From Spironucleus salmonicida (taxonomy: Eukaryota): a DNA stretch of 64,000 nucleotides. The stretch lies in contig NC_090603.1 of the NCBI RefSeq assembly GCF_000497125.1, forward strand, positions 434,001 through 498,000, read 5' to 3'. Positions 50,133-63,564 of the stretch are shown here, one piece after another. Made by a program: the position numbers and the translations under genes. The notes under the pieces are model-generated. The model was not told the origin of the DNA, made no database searches, and saw only the letters and a program-made list of their open reading frames with translations. The stretch's first letter is position 1. Each line of letters opens with the position of its first letter.

Positions 50133-51410
50133 TCATTTTAGTACTTCTTCAATTTCTCCTCTAAATATGACACTAAAAATAATAAAATTCAAAGCATCCC
50201 CACTTGATACAGATTTGCTATCACAACTAAATAATGGAGGTTCAAATTCTCCTTATCGTTCTAATTACATCTCAAACTTTTCTAAATTATTTTATAAATA
50301 TCTAAATATTGATAGCTCACACGTCTCGGAAGGGACAATATGTAATGGTAATATTTATTTAAATTACTATCTAAGCATAACACTTTTCACCCTATTTATT
50401 TATCTTATTATTAAATCATTTGGTATTTTTAAACAGTTAATAATGGAATTGAGATCAGATGCAGTGGGTAACTCACTATCCTATTTTTAAGATAAAAACT
50501 TGTTTATCTCTTATTATTTTTAATTTGACAATTGAAGTTTGCTGATCAAAGATTATTCATTATTTTATGACATTATCATATCATTTTTAGTAGTATTAAG
50601 CTACTAATTTAGCTTGGCATTTTTCATACCTAATTCTAATATTTATTAATTTTTTTATTAAACTTCTTATAATAATTTTTATATTTATACACTTTAAGAT
50701 TCATATGATAACTCCAATTAGACTCTTGATTCTGTAAGTGGATTAAGCTGATGGTTATTGTGATCATCTATTTTACCTTATAATTCTTTGTTTCGTTATT
50801 AGAATTATTTTAATTACGAAATATATGAAACGATTTCAGCTTCAGCTTACTGCTTGAATTATAAATACTCCTAATTTGGTTCCTATTTATTAATCTTCTA
50901 CTATTTTACTTTAAGTTTCGCATTTTACTCTTTTAGTGAATTATTTATTCTTTATAATTCTTATATTTATTATTTGTAAGATTCTTCTTCAAACGTACAA
51001 AGTTACTCTCCGTTATCGTCAGTTTATATCAGAACATTTGTCATTTTTGTAGTACTTTATCTATCTCTAGGGATAAAATTTTATTCTTCAACAGATTTTC
51101 GTAATTCAGCTTCTAATTACGATATATATTGTTTTTGCTATTTAATTATCTTATCGTCTTCAGATAACGATACTCGCCCCCCATCTTATGATAAATCTGC
51201 TGCTTCGTAAATACGTTCAAAGCAAAGTGAAAGGAGTTGTTATTATCTTTAATAAGCTTAGCTTTATAATTGCTCTAATACATGCTATTTTTCCAAATTC
51301 TCTCCAGATGTATATAATGACATCATATTAAGCTCATCTTATTTTGCTTGCTGTTAGAGCTGTAAAAATCGCTCAGCTGCCACTTATGATTATTAGATTT
51401 GGCTTTACAT
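50133..51410 (-). CDS. Q/E-rich coiled-coil hypothetical protein (~425 aa)
   Basis: MQSQIQQSQVAAERFLQL...FRGEIEEVLK-TGA; start and stop are in frame. Confidence 0.7.
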
Positions 51411-51478
51411 TTTTATAATTTCAATAACTATTTTATTATATTACCAATACAATTAAACCTTTTCACTTATGACAAATG

Positions 51479-52585
51479 TCAAACTTAAACCACTTTCATA
51501 TCTGCTGTAAATATGATTTGCCCATTTCGCGTTGGAATAGTTGGAACTGTGGGGTATATTGGCTGGTATTATGGTTGGTCTTAAATTACATTTTTTTGCC
51601 TAGCCTCTACCTGCTTCGTCCGGTAAATTGGCAGAATACCCTTTCTAAACAGACACACGATTACGATAATCAGAATAATTATAGCAAGAATCCCCGCACT
51701 GACTGATACGATCAAAATAATCAATTACACGTTCAACCCTGTTGGAGCAAATTGCAGACACTGCAAATGGCTCCCAAATGCGATTGTTTAGCACCCCTGA
51801 ATGTCAAACTGTGTATCATACGCCACACAGCGGCCCTGAAAAATCGCGGTTCCCGGAAGGCACTGGCACGCCCCCGCGATGATCGTGGACGAGCAGACCG
51901 ACGCGATAACCGCGTCAGTCTAGCTCAACTAGACTGCCTGATTCGCATTTGCGCAGAGACGCCCAGTCTGTATGGAGTTTGGCAGCGCGTATCTCACTGC
52001 CACCTGCCCTGTCGCGCAGGCCACGCATGCTAGCTGGAACGTGGGTACCTGACCGTTAGGGCAGATACAGGCTGCGGTAAGTCCCAAATTTGTGCAGCTG
52101 ATGCACTGCATCTGCCGGAAAATTGTCCCGGCTGGGCACCGGCATTCGTTGTTGACTTGCACGAGCCCTGCCGGGCACGCGCAGACTGTCAGCCTGGTGA
52201 GAGTATTGAAGAGCGGCGCTGTACATGGCACGCAAACACTGCCCTGGAGCTCTGCACCCAAAAGACATGTTTGGCACTGGGCCAGAGGGTCGGCGCCTGT
52301 ACTGCAAATACACTGCAGGCCTAGAATCTGCTGGTTCGGCTGGTTGCAGGGAACACAACCAAACCCCGTCATAGCGAACTGGAACGGCCTGCATGATATT
52401 TGTGGTAGTGTAGAGGCCTGGAAATTCGCAAAAAATTGGTCCAAAGGTGGCTAAATGCAGGCGCTGTTCAGCATGAGGCTTAGCGGGTTGATGCACGAGC
52501 AGGAGGTTAATGAAACTTACGTGTTTAGAATTTCAGAGCAGAACTAGCAGGTGGCAGGCTACTTCAAAAAACCTGCACATATCAT
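51479..52585 (-). CDS. Cysteine-rich membrane protein (CXC/CXXC; 368 aa)
   Basis: Many CXC and CXXC motifs; TM LIILIVSVSAGILAIIILIIVIVCLF followed by RK and a Pro/Tyr-rich tail. Confidence 0.88.
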
Positions 52586-52780
52586 TTTTCAACTTTTTGT
52601 AAAGTTACTTAATATTATACTATAAATAATATATAAATATTTAAAGAAAAAATTCTTATTACAAACTGGTTTATCTAGAAATTATATTGTTTATATCGGA
52701 AAAAAATTATTTAAGCAGGTAGAATCTTAATTATTAAATTGATAGTAAATAAATGCGGGCTGAAAATTAAATGACAAACA

Positions 52781-53365
52781 TCATTTTATCAGTTACTTAG
52801 TAGGCCTCCAACGTTTCCGCTCTACGCCTTCTCGGTATGCATAAACCGGATAAATTTGCTCTTTATTTGCAATTCTACGTGGTTATACTGTTTCAAATCC
52901 TTAAAACGTTTAGAACCTAACGATTCTCTCTTGACAAATTAATCCAGATGTAAACTCAGGTTGTCTGTTATTTTTCTTTAAATATTAATCCAAAATATTA
53001 ATTTTAACAGTTTATGGAACTGTTCTTGGTTTGAATTTATCAGTTTATAATTTTTATGAGATTACCTATGCAGCCTATCTGCAGGTTACATGTTAAATGA
53101 TTAAATCCGTGGTATTAAGCTAACTTTCGTATGTTACTTCAGTTAGATAAGTGTTATCATAAGTATCAAACTATTTGATATCTGATACTATAGACATCAG
53201 GTCTTTTGCAGCTAGAATACTATCTCTTGAGGATAGGTATGGTTATGATTCATATCTATGCCGAAATCCAGTTTTTTCAATTATTATTTATCTAGATTTC
53301 GATGTTGTTAGAAGAAAGTCGTCTTAAAGCTATTTTATTTAATCATCAATTTCTTCCCATTCCAT
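52781..53365 (-). CDS. Hypothetical protein (~194 aa)
   Basis: MEWEEIDDQIKQLQDDFLL...; stop assigned by frame. Confidence 0.55.
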
Positions 53366-53452
53366 CAATGCTATATTATGTTCTGATAAAATTAAAATTA
53401 TTAAATTTATTTATATTTTGTCATTTATATAAAATAATTCAATTTGATAAAA

Positions 53453-53647
53453 ATGACTAGTTGGGATTTAAAACAGAATATGAAGGTTACTATATCCGAA
53501 TTTCATGGACAAAAGTATATTGATATTAGGAAATATTATGACAAAGATGGAGAATAAAAACCAACTAAATAAGGCATAAGTCTAAGTCTGGAAGAATTCA
53601 AAAATATTATGGATAAAAAATCAATAATCTTAGAACTATTTTAATGA
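53453..53647 (+). CDS. PC4/Sub1 ssDNA-binding transcriptional coactivator, core domain only (64 aa)
   Basis: KVTISEFHGQKYIDIRKYYDKDGEQKPTKQGISLSLEEF is the PC4 signature. Confidence 0.9.
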
Positions 53648-53656
53648 AGTATTTAA

Positions 53657-54412
53657 TCACATAATTTTACTAATTAATGGCACACAGCACTGATATAACC
53701 AATCAGACCTGGGTTAATCTTTAAGGTGCATTACATATCCATTAGGATATCTTTACCATTTTAAAAACATTGTATATTAATAAAAAGCGTATCCCTCTTC
53801 ATCAAATAGCATTCTATATCCTATTATCATTATTTTTAGATATTCTTCAGCTTTTAAAACAATATATCTATCTTAGCTATTAATCTAAAGTGTTCTGGTT
53901 TGGTTGTCAATTTTTAGTTGAATTTTATTCAATTATTACTCATCAAATGACTAATTACTAAACTAGGATTTTAAAAATGTGAAATCCTCGCATAAATTTT
54001 TTATAAATAAGGAAAAGCCAATAGAATGTGCAGACTAAAATAAAATAGCATATTCAAATTATTCTAAAGGTTTATATGGCAGCACTTAACTAGTTAAACT
54101 TGGTAAAACTTTATAAAAAATAGCACCAGATAAATTCAATTTAACTTGTTATTATATAAATCTTCTTGTAAGCATGCCATACTTAATATCTTAATCTTCA
54201 TCTATAGAAGAACTATCCTAGTGAAAATTTATGTCTTTAGCATAAATACTATTAATTTTAGGATTAATACATGTCGAGTGAAAATTTAAGTAATTGTCTG
54301 ATCTTAAAGGATCAACATTTTATCTATCTAGTTATTTCTGTATATTCTTTAATATTTTCTTCTATTTTAACCTCTTGACTTTAGGTTTAGTAGTTGTAAG
54401 TATTTGATTCAT
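53657..54412 (-). CDS. Hypothetical protein (~251 aa)
   Basis: MNQILTTTKPKVKRLKQKK...; start and stop are in frame. Confidence 0.65.
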
Positions 54413-55007
54413 TTTATAAATTAAATTATCAGTTTTAGATAATAATGTTAATATTAATTTGTAAATAATCGATTATTCTGATATCAATATTATGATAGTA
54501 CAGGAAATTATGTCCTACAATTTTTTGTACCAGATCGTCCATAAATTATCGTATAATCTAATTAATTGTTTTAAAACTAACTTTAATAAATAAAAAACTA
54601 TGATTAATATACTAATTTTAATATATTGCTTTATGTGTACTCAATAACGTTCGAAAGAAACATTTCTTATTATCGTCTGATTCTACGTAACTAAGCACCT
54701 TAACCTACACAATAAAGTTTCTCCTAACTTTTTATTACATAATGAACTTTTTATTACAATTTCCCGCAGCAAGCAATTCTTCAATTCACATATTTTCGAC
54801 CTCTCATCATCGTCCTTATATCACATTTCCCACTTTATCAAACAAGCCTAAATAACCTCACTAGGCTAGTTTTTAGCTGATTTTTACTCTTTAAACCTCA
54901 AATTTCACTATTCTCATTTCCCCAACTTCTCAATTCTCCCAATTTTTAATCCCCATTTCCTCCCATTTTCAACCCCTCAATGTCCCCAATTCGCCCCCTC
55001 CCACTAT

Positions 55008-55118
55008 AAAAATATAAAAATATCAAAAATATCAAAAAACATCAGAATACCTAAAAAACTCAAAAAAACTCAAAAATACCTAAAAACTCAAAATCCTAAA
55101 CCCCCCAAAATCCCCCCC
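55008..55118. repeat. Tandem ~9-10 bp A-tract units (phased A-tracts), non-coding
   Basis: aaaaatatc aaaaatatc aaaaaacatc agaatacct aaaaaactc aaaaaaactc aaaaatacct aaaaactc aaaatcct; almost no G on this strand. Confidence 0.8.
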
Positions 55119-56267
55119 TCACTGCCTACTCTCACTCCGCTCCTAAAGCCCCAACTGCATCAGGCACATGCTGACCTCGTCCATACCGCCCAGGGCGGCC
55201 AGCAGGTTCTGGCCAGCGTCCGAGTCTTCCTGGATGACGCGTTTTCCCAAGTGGGGGCCCTGCTGCGGCTCCGAAATGACCATTTTGAAGTCGTGCGAAA
55301 CGATCGAATTGGACATCGAATTGTTCATTAGCGATAGGGACTGCATCTGGTCCGTCAGCGTCGAAAATTGCGTTTTTGTGAAGTTTTGGAGCGAAATTTG
55401 CGGGGGCGCCGGAATTGTGCTGGGAATCGAATTCGCGATGTCGAAAAGCTGGGAAACCTGCAAGCGCGGAATCGGGAATATTGGGGGCTGCGTTGCCGCT
55501 AGCGGGATTTCCTCGTAGTGCGGGAGCAAAAATTGGGTCGATTTTAGGGGGCTAAAATGGTGAGATTGGGCGGCGGGGGGTCCAAGGGGCTGCGAAATGG
55601 ACGTTTGCTGCTTAATTATCGTGTTGTTTATCTTGCGCTCCAGCTCGACGATTCTGGCGTTTTTGGAGTTTGTGACGTCTTCGGTGAGCTGCTGAATTGC
55701 TGTTGGAATTTGGACTTAAATCTCGCCGGACATCAGCTGATAGACTTCGGGGTTGATTTAGCGAAGAATTTGGTTGTTTCCTTGTATGTAAAGAATCCAG
55801 TTCGAATAAAATTGCTCATAGCGCTATTTCTGTGATTCTGGGTCAGTTTAATAAAGCTATTATAGATCTATGAAATTGAAATTAAGAAAAACTTATAATT
55901 GTGACATTTTCTTACTCTTTTTGAAGTTGTAGAAGGCTTGTCTTAGTGATTGTGGCATGAAAGACTAAAACGAGCGGGGTATAAAAAACTCGACAGTTTC
56001 GGGAAATGTAAAAAGCTTGTACTTTAGCAGCGTTGCGACGTATAAATATAGATCATCTTTTTCGTCTTGTGATAAATTTTGTTAAGAATGTTAATTAGAT
56101 TTTATGAATGAAGAAATAAATGTTTGAACTTAAAAAACTGATTACAAAGTTACTTAGGCGATTGAGCCAAAATCTAATTATTTAAAATTTTATTATAAAT
56201 ATTTTGACAAAGACTAAGCATCTGGTTGATTAAATTTTTGTTTTAAATATTGTTCTATGTTGTTCAT
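55119..56267 (-). CDS. Hypothetical protein (382 aa) with Pro/Ser/Gln-rich C-terminal half
   Basis: MNNIEQYLKQKFNQPD...MQLGL-TAG-ERSESRQ, ending CAG-TGA. Confidence 0.75.
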
Positions 56268-56320
56268 TATTGTGAATATTGGAGTGGTAAATATAATGAT
56301 AGTATAATATATAGAAATTA

Positions 56321-59300
56321 TCAAATCAGATCCATGTCGTCTAGTTTAAACATATCTCCAAGCAGTTTAATAACGAGTTTTTTACTATTGACATCTTTAA
56401 GGCTATTAAATAATTTGATAGACTGTTCAACACTGCTTTTTGGACTAATAATTGAACATACTTTTAATGCAGATATTATCATATTAATATCATTTAATTA
56501 TTATAATTATTTCATTACACCACGAAATTCTCCTTTGTATATTTATTGTAAAGCTGAATTTAAATTGCTTGCATTAGTCCATTTTAAAATAACACTAACA
56601 CATGTCTGATTATCTATAAATAAAATGAATGTATCAATAAATTCTAATATAAATTTAGTGTAATCATTATCATTATAATGTAAAAATAAATCAAAAATTT
56701 CCTAACTAAATAAATTTTACCTTAGCTTTAAATTAATTTGGTTCTTAAATTCTAAAAGATTGTAACCTAAATTTTACATAATTTACAAAAGGGAGGATAT
56801 GACTTGCTCTTCAAAATTGTTAGTTAAAAATTATAAGAATGTACTTCTCTATTCATTTTCTATCTTAAATATTGGAAAATTAATATTTTTTATATGTTAA
56901 TATAAAAATAATTAATAGTTTATTGTTTATGTAACGTTAACAAAATAATCTAATATTCTACTAAAGTTTTCTACAGAAGGTGACAATTCTAATTCTGATA
57001 AACAAATTAAGAAATTAAATAGTTCTGCTGCTTGTTAATATTTTTTATTAAGTGACTAAGTAATGGTTTATTCTAATACATAGTGTTTTCGTAGTTTTAA
57101 AATCATTTTATAATAATCATCTAGTGAATTAAATTTAATTAAAGATTAGTCTAATCTTGAAAATATTCCAAGAATTCTAAAATTTTCAAAATTGGTGTGA
57201 TTAATATGTGGATAGATAGAATACAATATTAATAGACTAATTAAGTTGCCCGTATAAAGTTCTATATCTATTTTTCCTAACATTATTAATAACGCGCTAA
57301 AAATTGGATCTTCTAAGAATTATTCTGATTATTGCATTAAACCTGTAAGAGTATCCGTTATTAAGCCGATAATAGATTTTTAAAATTCTATTTATTACTC
57401 ATTCATAAATTGTTATAATAAGGTTTCATATATCGAAATAGAGCTTGTATCTTTTTAAAGTTAAGAGATTATTACTAAATAAAATAATAAAATATTATTA
57501 AATATGAGTTCTTTACAGATAGTTATTAAATTTCTTGGGTTATTAGTTTATATTAAGTTTAAAATGCAACCAGAAATAATTTAAGTTTTACTGTTATCGT
57601 TAAGGTTCTAATAATCTATTATTTTTAATAATAATTAACAATTTTCTTCATTTAACGGACTATTATATAAAATTTCACATAAAAATTCAATATCATCATA
57701 TTTCTTATAATCTAAATACTGTCTTAATGTTAACACATCATCTAAATATTATTCGTTAGTTAATATTGATTTTTATAAATAATTAGTCACATAGTCTATT
57801 TATATAAATGTATTTATACTAGTTTAAGAACCTATACGAATAAGTTTCTATAACAATTAAATTGGATTTTTTATCATAGAAAATGGCCCTTAATATGTAA
57901 TATTAAATTTTTCTTTCTATACATATACTGACTAAAGTGTCTATTTCATTAAAAATTTAGTAATAGGTGATTATTTAATAAGTTCAAGTACTATAATTAA
58001 AAATTATTCCAATAAGACAACATTGGGCTAACTACATTCATCTATAAAATGTTAAAATATAATTTCAAGTATACTTGAACTAGGATTAACTTCAAATATT
58101 CTAGTGAGAAGACACACAATTCTTGGAGCTATCTATGTATCATAAAATTATTTTGAATTTTAATCATCTTATAGGCTAAGTAAACTTAATGCTTTGTTCA
58201 TCATTAATAAGACTATTTTATTAGAAATATTAAAATTAGAAATAATGTCAATAAAACAATCCAAAGTCAATACAGCAGCGTGAAAAATTTAACTAATTTT
58301 TCCCTAAACAAATATTTATTATGTATAAATGGGTAAAAGTCCTAGTGCTGCAAATATATCCTGATAATATTATGGAATAATATACTCCAAATATTGTTCC
58401 TAATAATAATTTTTAGTAAAATAATTACTCATAATTTAGTAACCATTGGAATCAGCAATTTATTAATAAGTTAGTGACTATTAATCTGTAACTATAAATT
58501 TATTATTTTAAGATTTAGTATAAATAACTTTAGATGGTTTAAAGCTAGAGTGTACTAATAAGTATTAAATTACGATCATTATTTAAGGAACAAAATAATT
58601 ATTATCTATGTTATTAGACATTTTAGTAATAAATTAAATAACTTGGCAAATTTAAATAGCATTTAATATTTATGTTTTATAAATATTAAATTATAAGAAA
58701 TATTAAAACATTGAAATAAGGTTTTCTGTGATCATCTTAATCTCATTTTTGTTAGGAACATATATTTTCATATGTTGTTAGCTAGAAGTAACATCTTCTT
58801 CCGCAAAGTTAGTCAATATATCCCTAACAGAAGCATTATTCAGTGAAACCTAAAATATTTATAGTTGATATTTATTAGCTAGACTATTAGTTTCTTGCAA
58901 ATTTTTAAGTAATAATAAAATTGCCATGAAAGAATTGGCTGAAATAGCTTCTATTAAAAATTAAATATCATATTAGTCTTTAGTATTATAAGTATTTAAT
59001 AATAATTCTTTACATTCGTTAGTAATAATACTTTATTGTGGTGATAAATTATACTATTAATAACTTTAAGAAGTAAAAGTTGTAAGTTTTTGAACAAAAC
59101 CTAATATTTATAATCTATACGTGAAGCTAATTTCAAACTAATTAGTCGAATTCCTAGAATAATTTAATACTTTAAATATTTCGTAGAATTAATATGATAT
59201 ATCTGTATTCACAGAACTTAATATATCAAACACAAATAGTAGTATTCCTTTATAATATTTATTCTACTCTGAAATTGTAAACTACTAAACTTTCATGCTT

Positions 59301-61579
59301 AGTATTTTTTCATCATATTCTGATTCTTCAACCGTAATACTTTAAATACTTGCCTCATTTAACTCTTATTCTAAAAATCCCTGATAATTAAGTTTCATTT
59401 CCTCTTTCTTTGAAGAATATTGCCACTTAACTCCTGGTAGTAAATTAGAATATGATAATGCTTTTTCAATTTTTGCGTTAGAAGATTTATAATAATTTTT
59501 CAAGAGATTAGAATAATTAGTAAATTTATTTAACAAAGTAATAATGTCAATTTACTCGTTTTATGATTATTTTATCTTAAAAAAATTTTAGTAAGATACT
59601 ATCTATTTCTATACGCATTCTGGTGAAAATAATGTTATATTAATGTCCAGTAAACTTTTTCTGAAATCAAATATGGATTTAAAATCATCATCCTCTTGAT
59701 ATATTAAAAATTAGGTGAATATTGACATCCATTTCACGAAATTAATTTTTTGATCCAACATTATGTCTATTACTTCATAATTTTTAATATTTCCATTTTA
59801 TAATAGCCCTTGTATCATATTTATAATAGTAATAGATAAATTCTTTTATTTAAAATTTAAAATTTTCTTTTTATTTGGATCATTACAAACACTATATTGT
59901 CTATAATATAAAGTATTAAATAAAACCTTCAATATGCATTTTTATAATTCATGATTAGTTTTAATCAAGACTAAAACCTACTCTAAATAATTAGTATTTT
60001 TACTTTCCGAAATATACTCTATCATTATAGCAAAAATATCGAACAACCGCTAGTTTTAGTTTTTAACTTAAAATTCATTATAAATGCATAGAATTTCAAA
60101 ACAAAAATCTTTTAAATGTAAGTAGTATTTTAGTCTAGTTTCTTATTCACCACTCAAATATTATACATCCAATTACTAAAATGAAACAAGTGTTTATCCT
60201 GTAGTCTTTTAATACTTTAGTTCATCATAAATAAACAAATAAAACTAAGACCCGAAAAATTATAAGGTTTCATCAATATCAATATTATATTATTATCTTT
60301 TTATATCTTTACACAACAATGACAATAGTTTTAACACTTATAATTTATTATCACTTTACATATAAGGTTCAAGAATATCTTATAACGAATCGATATTCTT
60401 AATTAAAGAAATCTCTATTGTGATAATTAATCTATCATTAATACTTGTTAAAAATTCTTATTAATATTAAAGACTGAAAATACTAAATATTATTTAAACT
60501 ATATTTTGAAGCATTAATTTAATAATAGAAACTGATACAGTAGAGTTTTAATTTTTGTTAAAATTAAATAGCTTAAACGTTTATTATTATTGCTATTTAA
60601 GTTAGCTATCTAAATTCATCTAAATTACATCCTATGTCATCTCTACAATAAATAAAATTTAATCTTGTATAATTTTATTTTCTTGTTATCCATCTTTATA
60701 GCCTAATATTGCAATAACAAAAGGTGACTTTAGCTAGCTCGCAAATTACTTTGTAAGCTAAGTTTAAAATGTTCTAATCTATAGAATTTATTCTAATAGT
60801 TTGTGTAAATTTTGTATGAAAAATTAATGTAAACTAGAAACTGATGCGACATCAATGAAATATAGTGAAGTAAAATAAAATTTACATAGATATACTTTAA
60901 TTGGTTAATTTAATGTTTAATTAACGATTTAACTTAACTATGTAAAAATAACTAATAACTATTAATGATACTATTAAAAAATTTACTTAATTATATCCTT
61001 TTGAAGCTTTTTGAAAATAAATAGAATCATAATGCAAAATAAGAATGCAGTTTCTTCATTAAATGAATACTAACAGCTTAATATTTACTTAAGTATTTTT
61101 TCAGGTTCACAAAATATTGACATCATAAGCACAATAACACTATTTATCTGAACTTAATCTTTATCAGACTCACTTAGAACTTTTCGTATACTAACTTATT
61201 CAATAGCACCAGAGTAAGATTTAAAAATTGTTTAAATGTTATTAATTTTTAGTTCAAGAATTAGTTTTTCTATTTAAATCTAATTTTAGTTAGCTTATAA
61301 GCTCGATAGTTATACATTAAAACTGCCTTTAAATTAAGTTTGTAAGTATTACGAAAATCTGTATATGATTATTTACTATGTTTATAAATTAACATCAATA
61401 ATAGATGCTAAAATTAAATAAGGTAGTATATCTTATTCTTTAATAATTTATTCAACTATGAAATCCTCCAGTACTTTACGTGGAAATTATTTTATAGCTA
61501 AAATAGTGATTTCTTTTAAATTATGATCTGCTAACTACATGCACAATAAAACTAAAGTTTAGTTAGTGGTATCAGACAT
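56321..61579 (-). CDS. Very large Leu/Ile/Gln-rich, probably HEAT/ARM alpha-solenoid protein (~1752 aa)
   Basis: ATG 61579 (MSDTTNQTLVLLCMQL) and TGA 56321 (...LLGDMFKLDDMDLI) are in frame. Interior not fully checked. Confidence 0.65.
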
Positions 61580-61643
61580 TTGTATTTACTTATATTTTAT
61601 TATTTATATAATAATAAAAATAAATTGTTGATTTAAAATCGAA

Positions 61644-63392
61644 ATGGAATTAAGATAAAATAGTTTTTCAGAAGAGAACTTATAACCAAAAATTTGGTGG
61701 TCTAGATTATTAAAGTATGTTCACTCTAGCTTTTTTACAAAATTTTTAACGTTTTAATCGACCAGATGTTATGTAATAGATTTTTTATCCAATTTATTAT
61801 CTTTTCCACAATAAAATTAATTTATATAATATATAGATATCGAATCGCTATTACCATTTTTGTAAAATGTAAAAACTCTAAAGGTTAGCTAAATTGCTAC
61901 ACTAACAGTGGATTAATTAATAAATATTCTTAGCCATCTACCATAACTGACAACACTGTATTTACCAGGATATTTTTTATGTCACTCAGTTGTTTTAATT
62001 TAATTAATTCATTATAGCAAACTAACAAAACTACGGATAACAGGTGAATTGAAGTTGATAAGTTGTTTTGAACTTTTATCTTCTGCGAAAAAGCTATAAT
62101 TTTTTTCATGTGAACACCCACAATTTATTGAAGAGGATTCAGAAATAATAGATAAAGCATTCTACTCTAAGCCTATAAAAATACAAGGCTTATCATGCTA
62201 TATATAAGGAATTAACTCGCCATCCACATCACTTTCATTACCATATTATGAAAATTTATAATTTATTAATATTACATTGCTTGATGAATCTTGTTTTGAG
62301 CTTAAACACAATCAATTAAAGAAGATTATAATTACCTCCTAAAAGAATATTAAAGTATTTAGAATTAATTGTCCTCATTTATAAGAAATATAAGTATTAT
62401 AAGATGCTTATATAACCCAGTAAAATTTTTTCTATCTAATGAATTAAAAATATATTTAATAAATTATCATCAATGTGTATGGAGAAATTAATTTGAATAA
62501 TTCTTAGTCAAATGAATCACTAGAATGCTTAAAAATAACTAATTAAAAGATTAATGCCGCAATTTTAGATGAAAATGTATTGAAAGCTAGTATTATATAA
62601 TAAATTGCCTTCTATTACCCGAATATTAAAACGCTTGTTATAAAAAATATTAACACAAAAGTTATCGATAAGCATATGTTTTCTCTTCTAGTAAATAGTA
62701 AATAACTCTCAAAGCTAGTAATCTCATGTGACAATAATTTCTAGGAGACGTTATATTTTGCTCAAGAAAAACCAAAAGATAATTTCTTTTTGTAAGATAA
62801 CGAGGAAATAAATTCAATGAAATAAGCCCTTCTCTATGAGAATAAAATTTAATATCTTACCTTAGAAAATATTTCAATCACCGACTAATTTTCTTACGCC
62901 CTATTCATCTACCAACACAATTATTCACTGAGAAAAATACAGTTCAACAACTTAAAGTTCATTACGGATACCTCAATTTTCCTATTGCTTACGTCAACAG
63001 AAATAAAACAAACCAAAATTTAACAGGTTGGACGAAAAGCTTTCTCCTGCCCGATTTCGGACGCATGCCAGTCGGATGCCACCAACAGTGGCCCCTGCAA
63101 TTTCCTTCTTAACAAATCGCTTCAGGAGTCTGAAAAATCCTTCGTGTCATCGTTTTCCATTCTGTTTTTTGACGGCATCATCGAAGAGCAAGTAATGTAC
63201 CAGCTGGAGGACCTGCAGATCATTAACTGCAGTCAGATAAGCAGGAAAATCTGCAACGCGCTCTATCTAGCTGGTTATTGCCTAATGAACGTGCAGCTGA
63301 GTATTCCGCTCAGCGAAAAGTTCATCAAAAGGATCTAGAAGCAGCGCCCGGGGATCCAGATAGAGGGGCTGAGTCTACGCTTGTAGAATTGA
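61644..63392 (+). CDS. LRR-containing hypothetical protein, FBXL-like repeats (~582 aa)
   Basis: LQNVKTLKVSQI, LPQLTTLYLPG, LEDLQIINCSQIS; in frame with ORF 63144-63338. Confidence 0.65.
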
Positions 63393-63403
63393 GAAATTTA
63401 AAA

Positions 63404-63544
63404 ATGACGGAGGTCTATTTAATAGAGCAGAAAGTTGCAGATTTTGAGTGCAAAATCGCGCTGTTCCATCCGTTCAGAGCACAGCTGAAGAGGAGGGAGA
63501 CTAAGAATCCTAGATTCCGTAGGGAACCGCAGGATTTCAAGTGA
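63404..63544 (+). CDS. Possible small protein (46 aa)
   Basis: AAAATG start, MTEVYLIEQK...REPQDFK, ending AAG-TGA; fills the gap between two genes. Confidence 0.35.
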   Translation: MTEVYLIEQKVADFECKIALFHPFRAQLKRRETKNPRFRREPQDFK

Positions 63545-63564
63545 GCAATTGTTCAGTTTAACCG

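Noticed and set aside
26439-61579. AT-rich regions as non-coding DNA or mass pseudogenes
   Set aside because: They hold long TGA-free frames with intact conserved motifs (kinase, HSP70, Sec1, PC4) once TAA/TAG are read as Gln.
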